NCBI GenBank assembly: GCA_021780105.1
Contig: JAJXZJ010000060.1
Span: 74,691 to 138,690, forward strand
Direction: 5' to 3'
Length of the DNA: 64,000 nt
Source of the DNA: a bacterium
Lineage (GTDB): Bacteria; Verrucomicrobiota; Verrucomicrobiia; Limisphaerales; J093
The position numbers and the translations under genes are program-made. The first letter of the stretch is position 1. Each line of letters opens with the position of its first letter. A model generated the notes under the pieces. That model ran no database searches and was not told the origin of the DNA. It was given only the letters and a program-made list of their open reading frames with translations. Of this stretch, positions 1 through 8,411 are shown piece after piece.

Positions 1-2
1 CG

Positions 3-842
3 CAGGGTTGCTCCGACGCCAAATGGCAGAAGTGCGCCGAACTCGTCAGGGCCGGCAAGATCGGCCAGCTTGTCCTGGGCCAGGGATCCTACATGCGCAA
101 CACGCCAACCGGCGAGTGGAACTACAAGATTGACCCGGATCTGAAGGCCGACAGCATTGACTGGGAGACCTGGCAGGGGCCGAATGTGAAGAAGCGCATT
201 CCGTTCAATCCCGACCACTATTTCCGCTGGCGCAAGTATTACCCGTTTTGCGCCGGCCTGCTGGGCGACCTCTTCCCGCACCGGCTCAATCCGCACCTGC
301 TCGCCACCGGCAATCCGGAGTTCGCCTGTCGCGTCGTGGCCATCGGCACCAAGGCCATTCACACGGACAAGAACACGCCCGGCACGCCGGAGCGCGACTC
401 GCCGGAGTGCATCACGGTGGTGTCGGAATTCCCGAGCGGTTACAGCCTCATCATGATCTCCAGCTCGGTCAACGAGCAGGGTTTGGAAGACGTGATCCGT
501 GGCAACAAGGCGACGCTCCACATCGGCGCGTCCACGCCGCGCGTGCAATTGATGCCGGAGCGGCCCTACAGCGACGAGCTGGACCCCGAGGACTATCAAA
601 ACCTGCTGCCGGTCGAGGATATTGGCACGCACGAGTCGAACTGGCTCGCCTGCATCCGTGAGAACAAACAGCCACACGCGAACATCGAGCTGGCGGTCCG
701 CGGCCAGACGGTCATTTCGCTCGGTGAAATGTCCCAGCGGCTGGGCATTGCCTGCCACTACGATGGCGAAACGCGGGCATTGAAAGACGGCAGCGGCAAG
801 CAGCAGGAAGTGATCACTTACGGCACCCTGCCGTTGTCCTGA
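3..842 (+). CDS. Gfo/Idh/MocA-family oxidoreductase, C-terminal part (5' end outside window)
   Basis: Frame 3 is open from the window edge (..AGKIGQLVLGQGSYMRN..) and runs into the 249-aa ORF ending at TGA 840-842. The sequence resembles the C-terminal domain of Gfo/Idh/MocA dehydrogenases. An intrinsic terminator follows. Confidence 0.65.
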   Translation, partial: QGCSDAKWQKCAELVRAGKIGQLVLGQGSYMRNTPTGEWNYKIDPDLKADSIDWETWQGPNVKKRIPFNPDHYFRWRKYYPFCAGLLGDLFPHRLNPHLLATGNPEFACRVVAIGTKAIHTDKNTPGTPERDSPECITVVSEFPSGYSLIMISSSVNEQGLEDVIRGNKATLHIGASTPRVQLMPERPYSDELDPEDYQNLLPVEDIGTHESNWLACIRENKQPHANIELAVRGQTVISLGEMSQRLGIACHYDGETRALKDGSGKQQEVITYGTLPLS

Positions 843-865
843 GCCGGACCGATAACGCTTCACGT

Positions 866-907
866 CGGGGTTTCGTTGGCATGGCTGGCGAAACCCCGAT
901 TTCTTTT
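866..907 (+). terminator. Rho-independent terminator
   Basis: Perfect 10-bp stem CGGGGTTTCG (866-875) / CGAAACCCCG (889-898) with a 13-nt loop, then ATTTCTTTT (899-907). It lies 24 nt after the upstream stop codon. Confidence 0.7.
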
Positions 908-924
908 CACAGGTTTTCCCGATC

Positions 925-1896
925 ATGGAAACCGTGACCGTTGCCCGCCGCGCCATGGCGACGCGGTTCGAGATTCTCCTGCACGGGGAGGATGCCGCCC
1001 GCCTCCGCGCCGCGGGTGACGCCGCGCTGGATGAAATCGAGCGCCTGGAAGCCCAGCTCAGCCTTTACCGGCCCGCCAGCGAAATCAGCCGCCTCAACCG
1101 CCGCGCCGCGGCCGGGCCGGTCCGCGTTTCCCCGCCGGTCTTCCAGTTGCTGCAGCACGCGCAACGAATCTGGCGCGAGACGGACGGCGCGTTTGATCCG
1201 ACAGTGTTCCCCTTGATTCGCGCCTGGGGATTTGCGGGCGGGGCCGCCGGCAAACTGCCCGATCCGCAAGCCCTGGCGGAAGCCCGCGCCTGCGTCGGCA
1301 TGAATCTTGTCGAACTGGACGAAGCGGCGTTCACCGTCTGCTTTGCGCGTGAAGGCGTGATGCTCGACCTTGGCGCCATCGGCAAAGGCTACGCGGTGGA
1401 CCGCGCGGCTGAGACCCTGGTCGAGGCGGGGGTTGCCTCCGCCTTTCTGCACGGCGGAACCAGCAGCAGCTTTGCGGTCGGCCGTCCCCCGGATACGCCG
1501 CGGTGGAAGGCGGCCATCACGGACCCGCGTCCCGGCCGCCCGGCGGCGCCGGGTCGCGAGGCAATTCTTGCCGAAGTGCCGTTGGAGAACGAGTCGCTCG
1601 GCGTGTCCGCGATCTGGGGCCGTTCCTTCACGACCGCCGGCCGGACTTACGGTCACGTCATGGACCCGCGCCTCGGCGAACCGGTTCGACGCGCGTGGCT
1701 GGCGGCAGTGGCTGTGTTGTCTGCGACGGAAAGCGACGCGCTTTCCACCGCGTTGCTCACCCTCGGACCGGCAGGGTTTGAAAGGATGACGCACATGCGT
1801 CCAGGGTTGCGCGCGTTGCTGCTGGCACCCGGCGATTATGAAAACGACGCCCGGTTGTTGACGCACGGATTGCCGCTCGTTGGAGGTGGCAGTTGA
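925..1896 (+). CDS. apbE: FAD:protein FMN transferase (ApbE family)
   Basis: 323-aa ORF starting at ATG 925. ApbE-like motifs are present, including ..DGAFDPTV.. and ..LGAIGKGYAVD.. Confidence 0.85.
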   Translation: METVTVARRAMATRFEILLHGEDAARLRAAGDAALDEIERLEAQLSLYRPASEISRLNRRAAAGPVRVSPPVFQLLQHAQRIWRETDGAFDPTVFPLIRAWGFAGGAAGKLPDPQALAEARACVGMNLVELDEAAFTVCFAREGVMLDLGAIGKGYAVDRAAETLVEAGVASAFLHGGTSSSFAVGRPPDTPRWKAAITDPRPGRPAAPGREAILAEVPLENESLGVSAIWGRSFTTAGRTYGHVMDPRLGEPVRRAWLAAVAVLSATESDALSTALLTLGPAGFERMTHMRPGLRALLLAPGDYENDARLLTHGLPLVGGGS

Positions 1897-1977
1897 TTTC
1901 AGCGTCGAGTTTCTGGCGGCACGCTGCGGGACACGTTGAGGATTTCCCGGCCGGGGCCAACGTTGCCGACGATCCGC

Positions 1978-2493
1978 TCAGAACGAGACATGCATCAGGT
2001 TCTGATAACTTTCCGCGTCGAGCAGCCCTACTGGATTATGTCCGGGATCGGTGGCGGGGACGACTCCGCCGCCAAACACGACGTGGCCGACATGCACCGC
2101 GGCCGGGTCAATGGAAATGATGTCCATCAGTCGCGCGCCAAGGCTGCGGTCTGACGGAGCTTCGGGATATTCCAGCCAGGAACTCATGGCCCACAAGATT
2201 CGCTTTTTCTCGTCCGGCGCGAGTTCGCGCCAGATGGCTTCGTCCTCATCGCGGGACGTGGTCGCCACGCCCAGGCTTTCGATGCGGTTGGTGCGCGCGG
2301 CGGGCGGCGGAATGACCGACGCGCCACCGTCCGGCGGCGCCAGCTTCAACCCCGGCAGCGCCGTGAATTGAAACAGCCCTGGTGTTTCAGGAGTTTCCGC
2401 GACCGTCTGGCCACGCATCCCTGGAGCCGTCATGGCCAGCACAACCAAGCCGACTGCGACGCCAAATCCTCGTTGTGAACAACCGATCTGCAT
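1978..2493 (-). CDS. hypothetical exported protein
   Basis: The ORF-track start at 2520 is TTG. The first ATG (2493) gives MQIGCSQRGFGVAVGLVVLAMTAPG, which looks like a signal peptide. No domain recognised. Confidence 0.45.
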   Translation of the reverse strand: MQIGCSQRGFGVAVGLVVLAMTAPGMRGQTVAETPETPGLFQFTALPGLKLAPPDGGASVIPPPAARTNRIESLGVATTSRDEDEAIWRELAPDEKKRILWAMSSWLEYPEAPSDRSLGARLMDIISIDPAAVHVGHVVFGGGVVPATDPGHNPVGLLDAESYQNLMHVSF

Positions 2494-2606
2494 ACATCCT
2501 TGCCGATGGTTCCTTTTCAACTACCAAGGTAGGCCCGGTCGGCTCGCGCGTCCAGCCGCTTCTGGATGCCGGGCACGCCGGCCCGCAGCCTGGATGCCAG
2601 TTCGGC

Positions 2607-2635
2607 TTGAATTCGTCGCCGGGCGCGCCGACCCT
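2607..2635 (+). promoter_or_regulatory. sigma70-like promoter of deoC (leaderless layout)
   Basis: TTGAAT 2607-2612, 17-nt spacer, GACCCT 2630-2635 (A2 and T6 conserved), then 7 nt to ATG 2643. Confidence 0.45.
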
Positions 2636-2642
2636 CGCTGTG

Positions 2643-3311
2643 ATGATCAATCTCGCTGATTACATTGACCACACGCTCCTGAAGGCCGACGCCACGGCCG
2701 GTGACATCGAACGGCTTTGCGCCGAGGCGCGCGCGCACCGGTTCCACGCCGTTTGTGTGAACGGCGTGCGCGTCGAACTGGCGTGGCATTGCCTTGAAGG
2801 CAGCGGGGTCAAGGTGGCGGCCGTGATTGGTTTCCCGCTGGGCGCGATGGATGCGGACGTGAAGCGCTTTGAAACCGAGGCGGCCGTGGATGCGGGCGCA
2901 CAGGAGATGGACGTGGTGCTGAACCTCGGCCGGTTGAGGGACGGCGACGACAGATTGGTGCTGCGGGAACTGCGCGACGTGGTGGAAGCCGCCGACGAGT
3001 TGCCCGTGAAAGTGATCCTCGAAGCCTGTCTGCTCACGCGGGAGGAGAAGCTGCGCGCCTGCCGGCTGATCGTCGAATCCGGCGCGGCCTTCGTGAAAAC
3101 CTCCACCGGCTTTGGCCACGGCGGGGCAACCGTGGAGGACGTCAAACTGTTGCGCGAGGCCGTGGGACCAAACTTCGGCGTGAAGGCGGCCGGTGGCATT
3201 CGCGATACCGCGACGGCGCTGGCGATGATCGAGGCCGGCGCCACACGGCTGGGCACGTCGGCCGGCGTGGCGATTGTCCAGGGGCAAACGGCGTTTCCGG
3301 CGGCGGGCTGA
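2643..3311 (+). CDS. deoC: deoxyribose-phosphate aldolase
   Basis: MINLADYIDHTLLKADAT.., ..AVCVNG.., ..FVKTSTGF.., ..GVKAAGGIR.. are typical of DeoC. The 5' extension in the ORF track (from 2382) is not DeoC-like. Confidence 0.9.
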   Translation: MINLADYIDHTLLKADATAGDIERLCAEARAHRFHAVCVNGVRVELAWHCLEGSGVKVAAVIGFPLGAMDADVKRFETEAAVDAGAQEMDVVLNLGRLRDGDDRLVLRELRDVVEAADELPVKVILEACLLTREEKLRACRLIVESGAAFVKTSTGFGHGGATVEDVKLLREAVGPNFGVKAAGGIRDTATALAMIEAGATRLGTSAGVAIVQGQTAFPAAG

Positions 3312-3318
3312 GCGCGCC

Positions 3319-4428
3319 TCATCGCGCGGGGTCGCGACGCACGCGGAACAACCTCTCTGGCCCATTCAGTTTCAAGAGCACGTTCAAATTGGTCCCCGTC
3401 GTTTGAAGTGTCTCTCCGTCGGGTGACCAGAAGGGAAGATGGGTTGAGGTTTCGACGCGGTAGTTGAATTCCGGCAAAGCTTCCCAACTCAACTCCAGCC
3501 CGCCCTGGCCTGGCGTGATTCGCGTGATCTGAAAATCCGCCGCGTCCGGACTGCGGAACACCATGAGCAGCGGCAGATGATCCGAGGCGATGCCGTCACT
3601 GGCAGGCAATCCCGCCGCCGTCCGGTTGCTTATGGAGGCGACACTGAACACCTGGCTGTGAACCAGGTTCGTGAACAGTCGCCCGCCGGGCAGAACGTAG
3701 TCATACCGGAGCTGGAGTCCGAACCGCGCGGACCAGGTGCGTTCATCGCTGTTTCCGTGCAGGGGCGTCGTCAGCCGCAGGCCGGTCGCGGCATTCACCA
3801 GCCGGTCGAGCGGCTGCTGGCTGGCTGCCGGCGGACGCATGAGGTCTTCGTTCAAATCACCGGTCAGCACGAACGACGCGCCGCCGTGCGCGGGCAGGAA
3901 TACGTTGACGAAGAAGTTGGAAATGGCACTGGCTTCGGCCGCGCGCCGCGCCGCGTCCTCCGCCGCGGTGCCGCTTTTCAAATGAACCGTGAAGACATGA
4001 AGCGGGGTCTTCAACTCGGGCAGCGCGATTTCCGCCTCGAACAAATCACGCGTGAACCGATTGGCGTTTCCAAATGCGTCGAGCGGCGCGCGGGCGAGCC
4101 AGGAAGCGGAACGGGTGATCGGAAACCGGCTCAGGACGCCGCTGCGGAGGTAGCCGTCCGTGCCGGAGTTGCCGGCCAGAAAATAGCCGGGCAGAAACGC
4201 CTGCACGAAATTGGTCATCTGCCAGCTCAGTTCGAAGGGGATTTCCTGGAACGTGATCACGTCCGGCCGCAGGTAGCGCACGACCTGACCGATGGCCTGG
4301 ACTTGCGCCGCGTTGGTGCTTCAATCCATGGCGCCATTGCCGGCAACGTTCCAGTCCAGCAACGAGAAGCCACGGGCAGTCACACTCGCGCCGACGGCCA
4401 GCGCGAGGAACACGGAACGGAGAGACAT
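3319..4428 (-). pseudogene. endonuclease/exonuclease/phosphatase (EEP) family secreted protein, interrupted by in-frame TGA at 4323-4321
   Basis: ATG 4428 gives MSLRSVFLALAVGASVTARGFSLLDWNVAGNGAMD, then TGA, then in the same frame STNAAQVQAIGQVVRYLRPDVITFQEIP... through to the stop at 3319. The signal peptide and the WNV motif lie upstream of the stop. The rest of the EEP domain (..TGDLNED.., ..SDHLPL..) lies downstream. Confidence 0.7.
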
Positions 4429-4481
4429 GCGTGGATTGAACCGCCCGGTCGTGCTGCCAGCAAGGGCGAATTCAACGCCGG

Positions 4482-5171
4482 TCAGCGCCGCCGGTTGTGC
4501 GCGGCTTGCGCGTATTTATCCCGGGTCAACGCCTCCGCACGCGTGGCCAACCCGGCGTCCGCCGGCAGTGGCATCCATTCCACACCCCAGGTTTCGCGCG
4601 CCACCGCGCAGACCGCCTGTTGCCACGCGGCCCGCGGCGGAGCAGGATTCGGCGGCTGGACGGAACCCTGGACGAGCAGGCCCGAGCGCGTTCGGCGTTG
4701 GGCGGCGCCGGCGATTTTCACGCCCGCCAGCAGCACGTCGAATTGTTCCGCGCCGATGAAGCACTGGCCGGCGCCGGACACACTCACGGGCGCGAGTTCG
4801 GTGCGCAGACCGATTCGCGCGAACGCGCGGCGCAGCCAGTCGTGGACGCGCTGGTAACTTTCCCTCGCGCGCAGGTTGAACCAGTGATGCGCCGGCGGAA
4901 AAACCAGCGTGTAGGTCCAGTCACGGTCGTGCGGTACCAGGCCGCCGCCGGTCGGCCGGCGGACAAGCGGTCGCAGCGGCGTCAGGCGTTCGATCTCGGC
5001 GATGTGCTGGGAGTAACCAAACGTGGCGGCCGGTTCGGTCCAGCCATAAAACCGCAGCACCGGCCGGCCAAGGCGCGGCGCGGCTTCGAGCAAGGCTTCG
5101 TCGAACGCCATGTTCCACGGCGCCGGCAGTGCGTCGTTTTCCAGCAGAAACCAGGTTTCCTTCGGCGGCAT
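4482..5171 (-). CDS. lipoate-protein ligase / octanoyltransferase family protein (BPL_LplA_LipB domain)
   Basis: ..RRPTGGGLVPHDRDWTYTLVF.. and ..GVKIAGAAQRRT.. resemble the LplA/LipB catalytic core. ATG at 5171 (the track start 5180 is TTG). Confidence 0.7.
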   Translation of the reverse strand: MPPKETWFLLENDALPAPWNMAFDEALLEAAPRLGRPVLRFYGWTEPAATFGYSQHIAEIERLTPLRPLVRRPTGGGLVPHDRDWTYTLVFPPAHHWFNLRARESYQRVHDWLRRAFARIGLRTELAPVSVSGAGQCFIGAEQFDVLLAGVKIAGAAQRRTRSGLLVQGSVQPPNPAPPRAAWQQAVCAVARETWGVEWMPLPADAGLATRAEALTRDKYAQAAHNRRR

Positions 5172-5216
5172 GGCGGGCAATTGAAGCAGACGGCGCGGTC
5201 CCCGTGAAGCGGCTTA

Positions 5217-5885
5217 TCAGCGGCCCGGAACAGCGGGCGTCTCCGCCGATGGACAGAGGTGGAGAAGTTCGCAACCGGCGCAATCCGGCCGCCGCGCGGT
5301 GCAGCGGCGGCGGCCGTGCCAGATGAGCCAGTGGCTGAAGAGCGTCCACTGATTGCGCGGCACGAGTCGCATCAGCGCCTGTTCAATTTTCTCCGCCGTG
5401 GTCTCGGTGCTCAGGCCAAGCCGGTGCGCAAGCCGGGTGACGTGGGTGTCCACGACGATGCCTGCGTTTTGGCCGAAGGCATTGCCAAGAACGACATTCG
5501 CCGTCTTGCGGCCGACGCCGTCGAGTTTCACCAGTTCGTCCAACGTGCGCGGCACTTCTCCAGCATGACGTTCAGCGATGGTGCGGCAGCAGGACTGGAT
5601 GTTCCGCGCCTTGTTGTGGAAGAAGCCGGTCGAACAGATCGCCGCTTCAAGCTCACCCACCGGCGCGTGCGCGTAGTCCGCCGCCGTGCGGAAGCGCCGG
5701 AAGAGAGCGGCGGTGACGAGGTTGACGCGCTTGTCGGTGCATTGCGCGGACAGAATGGTCGCAATGAGGAGTTCGAGCGGGTTGGAATAATTGAGTTCGC
5801 AGTGCGCGTCCGGATAGGTGCGCCGGAGCAGGGCAATGATGGTTGCCAGGCGCGCAACTTTGGCCTGGTTCGACTCGCGCGGCAT
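5217..5885 (-). CDS. nth: endonuclease III
   Basis: HhH-GPD region (..LVKLDGVGRKTANVVLG..) and a C-terminal 4Fe-4S cysteine cluster, CTARRPDCAGCELLHLC. Confidence 0.9.
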   Translation of the reverse strand: MPRESNQAKVARLATIIALLRRTYPDAHCELNYSNPLELLIATILSAQCTDKRVNLVTAALFRRFRTAADYAHAPVGELEAAICSTGFFHNKARNIQSCCRTIAERHAGEVPRTLDELVKLDGVGRKTANVVLGNAFGQNAGIVVDTHVTRLAHRLGLSTETTAEKIEQALMRLVPRNQWTLFSHWLIWHGRRRCTARRPDCAGCELLHLCPSAETPAVPGR

Positions 5886-5904
5886 GAACCGAGAACTGTT
5901 CCGG

Positions 5905-7143
5905 CTACGTCAACTCGGACTCTTCCACCTCGACCGGAGCCTTGAACAGCGGCGTGCCGTCGGTGGCTTCCGGATATTCGAAAATTTTGCCCTCATAGTT
6001 GCGAATCACGACGCGGTCGTTGTTCCGGCTGAGGACGTATTCGGGGCTGACCGGCACCTTGCCGCCGCCGCCGGGAGCGTCAATGACATAGGTTGGAACG
6101 GCGTAACCGGTGGTGTGGCCGCGCAGGGCTTCCATGACTTTCAGACCCTGGCGAACGCTGGCCCGGAGATGTGCTGATCCGGCGATCAAGTCGCACTGAT
6201 AGATGTAATACGGCCGCACCCGGCACATGAGGAGTTTCTGCACGTGCGCTTTCATGATGGCCGGGGCGTCGTTGACGTAGCGGAGGAGCACCGACTGGTT
6301 GCCGAGCGGAATGCCGGCGTCGGCCAGCCGGCCGAGCGCCTCGCGGACCTCGGTGGTCAGCTCGCGCGGGTGGTTCGAGTGGATGCTGACAAACAGCGGA
6401 TGAAACTGCCGCAGCATCGCGCAAAGTTCCGGCGTGATGCGTTGGGGCAGAAATATCGGAATGCGCGTGCCGAGGCGCAAAAACTCCACGTGCGGAATCG
6501 CCCGCAACCGGCCCAGCAAATACTCGAGTTTTTCGTCGCTGAAGAGCAGGGGGTCGCCGCCGCTGAGCAGCACGTCACGAACCTCGGAATGCTGCGCGAT
6601 GTATTCGATCTGCCGGTCAAACTCCGGATGGAAATCGTAACCCGTGGCGTTGCTGACCAGCCGCGAGCGCGTGCAATAACGGCAATAGGCCGCGCAGCGA
6701 TCGGTGACGAGAAACAGCACGCGATCCGGATAGCGATGAACCAGGCCCGGCACCGGCGAATGACTGTCTTCGCCGCACGGATCGGTCATTTCCCAGGCGG
6801 CCGCGTGCGTTTCCTCGAGCCGCGGGATGACCTGGCGGCGGATGGGACAGTTCTCGTCGGCCGGGTCAATGAGGTTGAAAAAATACGGCGTGATGGCCAT
6901 CGCGAGCTTGTGATTGGCCAAGGTGGTGCCGGCGCGCTCCTCCGGCGTCAACGTGGGCAGCAAGCGCTCCAGTTGCTCCAGCGTCGTGATGCGGTGCTTC
7001 AACTGCCAGTGCCAATCCTGCCATTCTTTTTCGGGGACGTTGGCCCAAAAACCGCGCCCGGCCGGCTCGAATCGCTTCAGGAAATCAAGCCGGGTGGACA
7101 ATGGCGGCTCCTCACTCACCGCCGACCGTTCATCATTTGACAT
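5905..7143 (-). CDS. kamA: lysine 2,3-aminomutase family radical-SAM protein
   Basis: 412 aa with the radical-SAM motif CAAYCRYCTR. KamA-like N-terminus (..WQDWHWQLKHRITT..) and C-terminal region. Confidence 0.85.
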   Translation of the reverse strand: MSNDERSAVSEEPPLSTRLDFLKRFEPAGRGFWANVPEKEWQDWHWQLKHRITTLEQLERLLPTLTPEERAGTTLANHKLAMAITPYFFNLIDPADENCPIRRQVIPRLEETHAAAWEMTDPCGEDSHSPVPGLVHRYPDRVLFLVTDRCAAYCRYCTRSRLVSNATGYDFHPEFDRQIEYIAQHSEVRDVLLSGGDPLLFSDEKLEYLLGRLRAIPHVEFLRLGTRIPIFLPQRITPELCAMLRQFHPLFVSIHSNHPRELTTEVREALGRLADAGIPLGNQSVLLRYVNDAPAIMKAHVQKLLMCRVRPYYIYQCDLIAGSAHLRASVRQGLKVMEALRGHTTGYAVPTYVIDAPGGGGKVPVSPEYVLSRNNDRVVIRNYEGKIFEYPEATDGTPLFKAPVEVEESELT

Positions 7144-7151
7144 CGTGCGGA

Positions 7152-7179
7152 ACTATAGGGACGCCCCCCGACCTGTCAA
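7152..7179 (-). promoter_or_regulatory. near-consensus sigma70 promoter of the kamA operon (leaderless layout)
   Basis: On the minus strand: TTGACA (7179-7174), 16-nt spacer, TATAGT (7157-7152), then 8 nt to ATG 7143. Confidence 0.6.
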
Positions 7180-7347
7180 GTTGGCCCCCCCGACCGCCAT
7201 GCGGCCCAAGAGGCTGGCTTCCCATCGAACGCGACTTGCGCCGATTCCTGAACTGCTTCACGCAGCCAAACGACGAAGCGTCACCAAGATAAGCGGCCGA
7301 GCACTTAAAGGGCAACATTTTAAGCCTTCCAGTCCGGTATTTCTCCA

Positions 7348-7377
7348 TTGACAGTAATAGGTATGAAACGGTATAAA
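7348..7377 (+). promoter_or_regulatory. near-consensus sigma70 promoter of mraZ/dcw operon
   Basis: TTGACA 7348-7353, 18-nt spacer, TATAAA 7372-7377. It sits in the only AT-rich stretch of this region, about 37 nt upstream of mraZ ATG 7415. Confidence 0.6.
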
Positions 7378-7414
7378 AAGGGTTGTTACGGATTAAGCAG
7401 GCAAACAACGCCAA

Positions 7415-7882
7415 ATGTCAGCCGTTGCCACCAGCGAAACGGGGCTTTACACCGGTTGTTTCAAACACGGTTTGGACCCCAGTTTGCGGGTGATGCTCCC
7501 GAGTGTCTGGCGCCCCGAGGATCAGAACACGGTGTTTGCGGTGATTCCCTGGCCGCTGTCCAAGCCGGAGTATCTCCTGGTGCTGCCTCCGCAACGCTGG
7601 CAGGTGATGGTCGAGCGGCTTAAAACCAACTCGTCCCTGACCAATGCCGCCGCCGCCAAGGTCGAGCGCAAGCTGGCCGGTTCCACCGTGTTGATGAAGA
7701 TGGACAAGGTCGGCCGGTTTTGTCTGGGCGAAAAGCTGTGCCTCAGTGCCGGGATCGGCAAGGAGGCGACGCTGGTTGGCCGGCTCGACAAGTTTGAGAT
7801 TTGGGATGCGGCGAAGCATGACGCCGCCGAAGCGCAAGCTGAACCCATTCCGGCGGAAAAACTCGAATCCTTGATGCTATGA
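7415..7882 (+). CDS. mraZ: transcriptional regulator MraZ
   Basis: Two MraZ half-domains (..GLDPSLRVMLPSVW.. and ..MDKVGRFCLGEKL..). It is the first gene of the dcw cluster. Confidence 0.85.
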   Translation: MSAVATSETGLYTGCFKHGLDPSLRVMLPSVWRPEDQNTVFAVIPWPLSKPEYLLVLPPQRWQVMVERLKTNSSLTNAAAAKVERKLAGSTVLMKMDKVGRFCLGEKLCLSAGIGKEATLVGRLDKFEIWDAAKHDAAEAQAEPIPAEKLESLML

Positions 7883-8400
7883 GCCTGATCGGATTGCTCA
7901 CGGTGAGCCGTTCTTTCGGCGGTGTAAAAAACAAACCAGCGCCCATGCGGTTGCGAGATGGACTGCTGCCGCACTTCGGCGTCCAGGATGGCGCCCTGCG
8001 GATCGCGTCCGCGGTCACGCGTCCCGGTTCATTCCGCCGGCCGGCGCAACTGACGCTGCCGGCGGACGCGAGTTGGGAAGGCGTCGGCGTGGAACAGGTG
8101 CTGGCGAATCCCGTCAGCCGGGCGACCGCGCTGGTCGGCGAGGGCCCGCGGACGGCCGATCCTGAATTGCCGGCGTGGGGCCGGCGCGTCGCGGATCCCC
8201 GGCAGGGTGAGCTTTCCCTGGAAGGCGTCAAAGTGGTTCGCAACGATTTGTGCGACGCGGACCTCGAACTGGTCGCTCGGCAGTCGGGACGGGAATCAGC
8301 CGCGCTGCAACGCGCCCTGGTGTGGAGCGCCAAGGCGAACCCGCCGAAGTGGAAGTGGTGGAACTGGCGCTGGCTGCGTTCGGAACGGGCAAAGGCCTGA
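7879..8400 (+). CDS. hypothetical protein inserted between mraZ and rsmH
   Basis: ATG 7879 overlaps the mraZ stop (ATGA). This frame has clearly higher GC3 than the competing rsmH-extension frame. 173 aa with a Trp-rich C-terminus, PPKWKWWNWRWL. No domain recognised. Confidence 0.5.
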   Translation: MSLIGLLTVSRSFGGVKNKPAPMRLRDGLLPHFGVQDGALRIASAVTRPGSFRRPAQLTLPADASWEGVGVEQVLANPVSRATALVGEGPRTADPELPAWGRRVADPRQGELSLEGVKVVRNDLCDADLELVARQSGRESAALQRALVWSAKANPPKWKWWNWRWLRSERAKA

Positions 8401-8411
8401 GGTCATGGGCT

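Noticed and set aside
4321-4323. The in-frame TGA in the EEP gene read as selenocysteine or as a reassigned (Trp/Gly) codon.
   Set aside because: The aligned residue is expected to be Trp, not Cys/Sec. Many genes in this window clearly terminate at TGA (for example 840-842, 7880-7882, 44095-97), so TGA is a normal stop here.
8250-8411. A longer RsmH starting at GTG 8250, as in the ORF track.
   Set aside because: This extension overlaps the end of orf173 in a frame with visibly lower GC3. It adds an Arg/Gly-rich N-terminus that is not RsmH-like. GTG 8412 sits just after the upstream stop and right before the conserved RsmH N-terminal motif.
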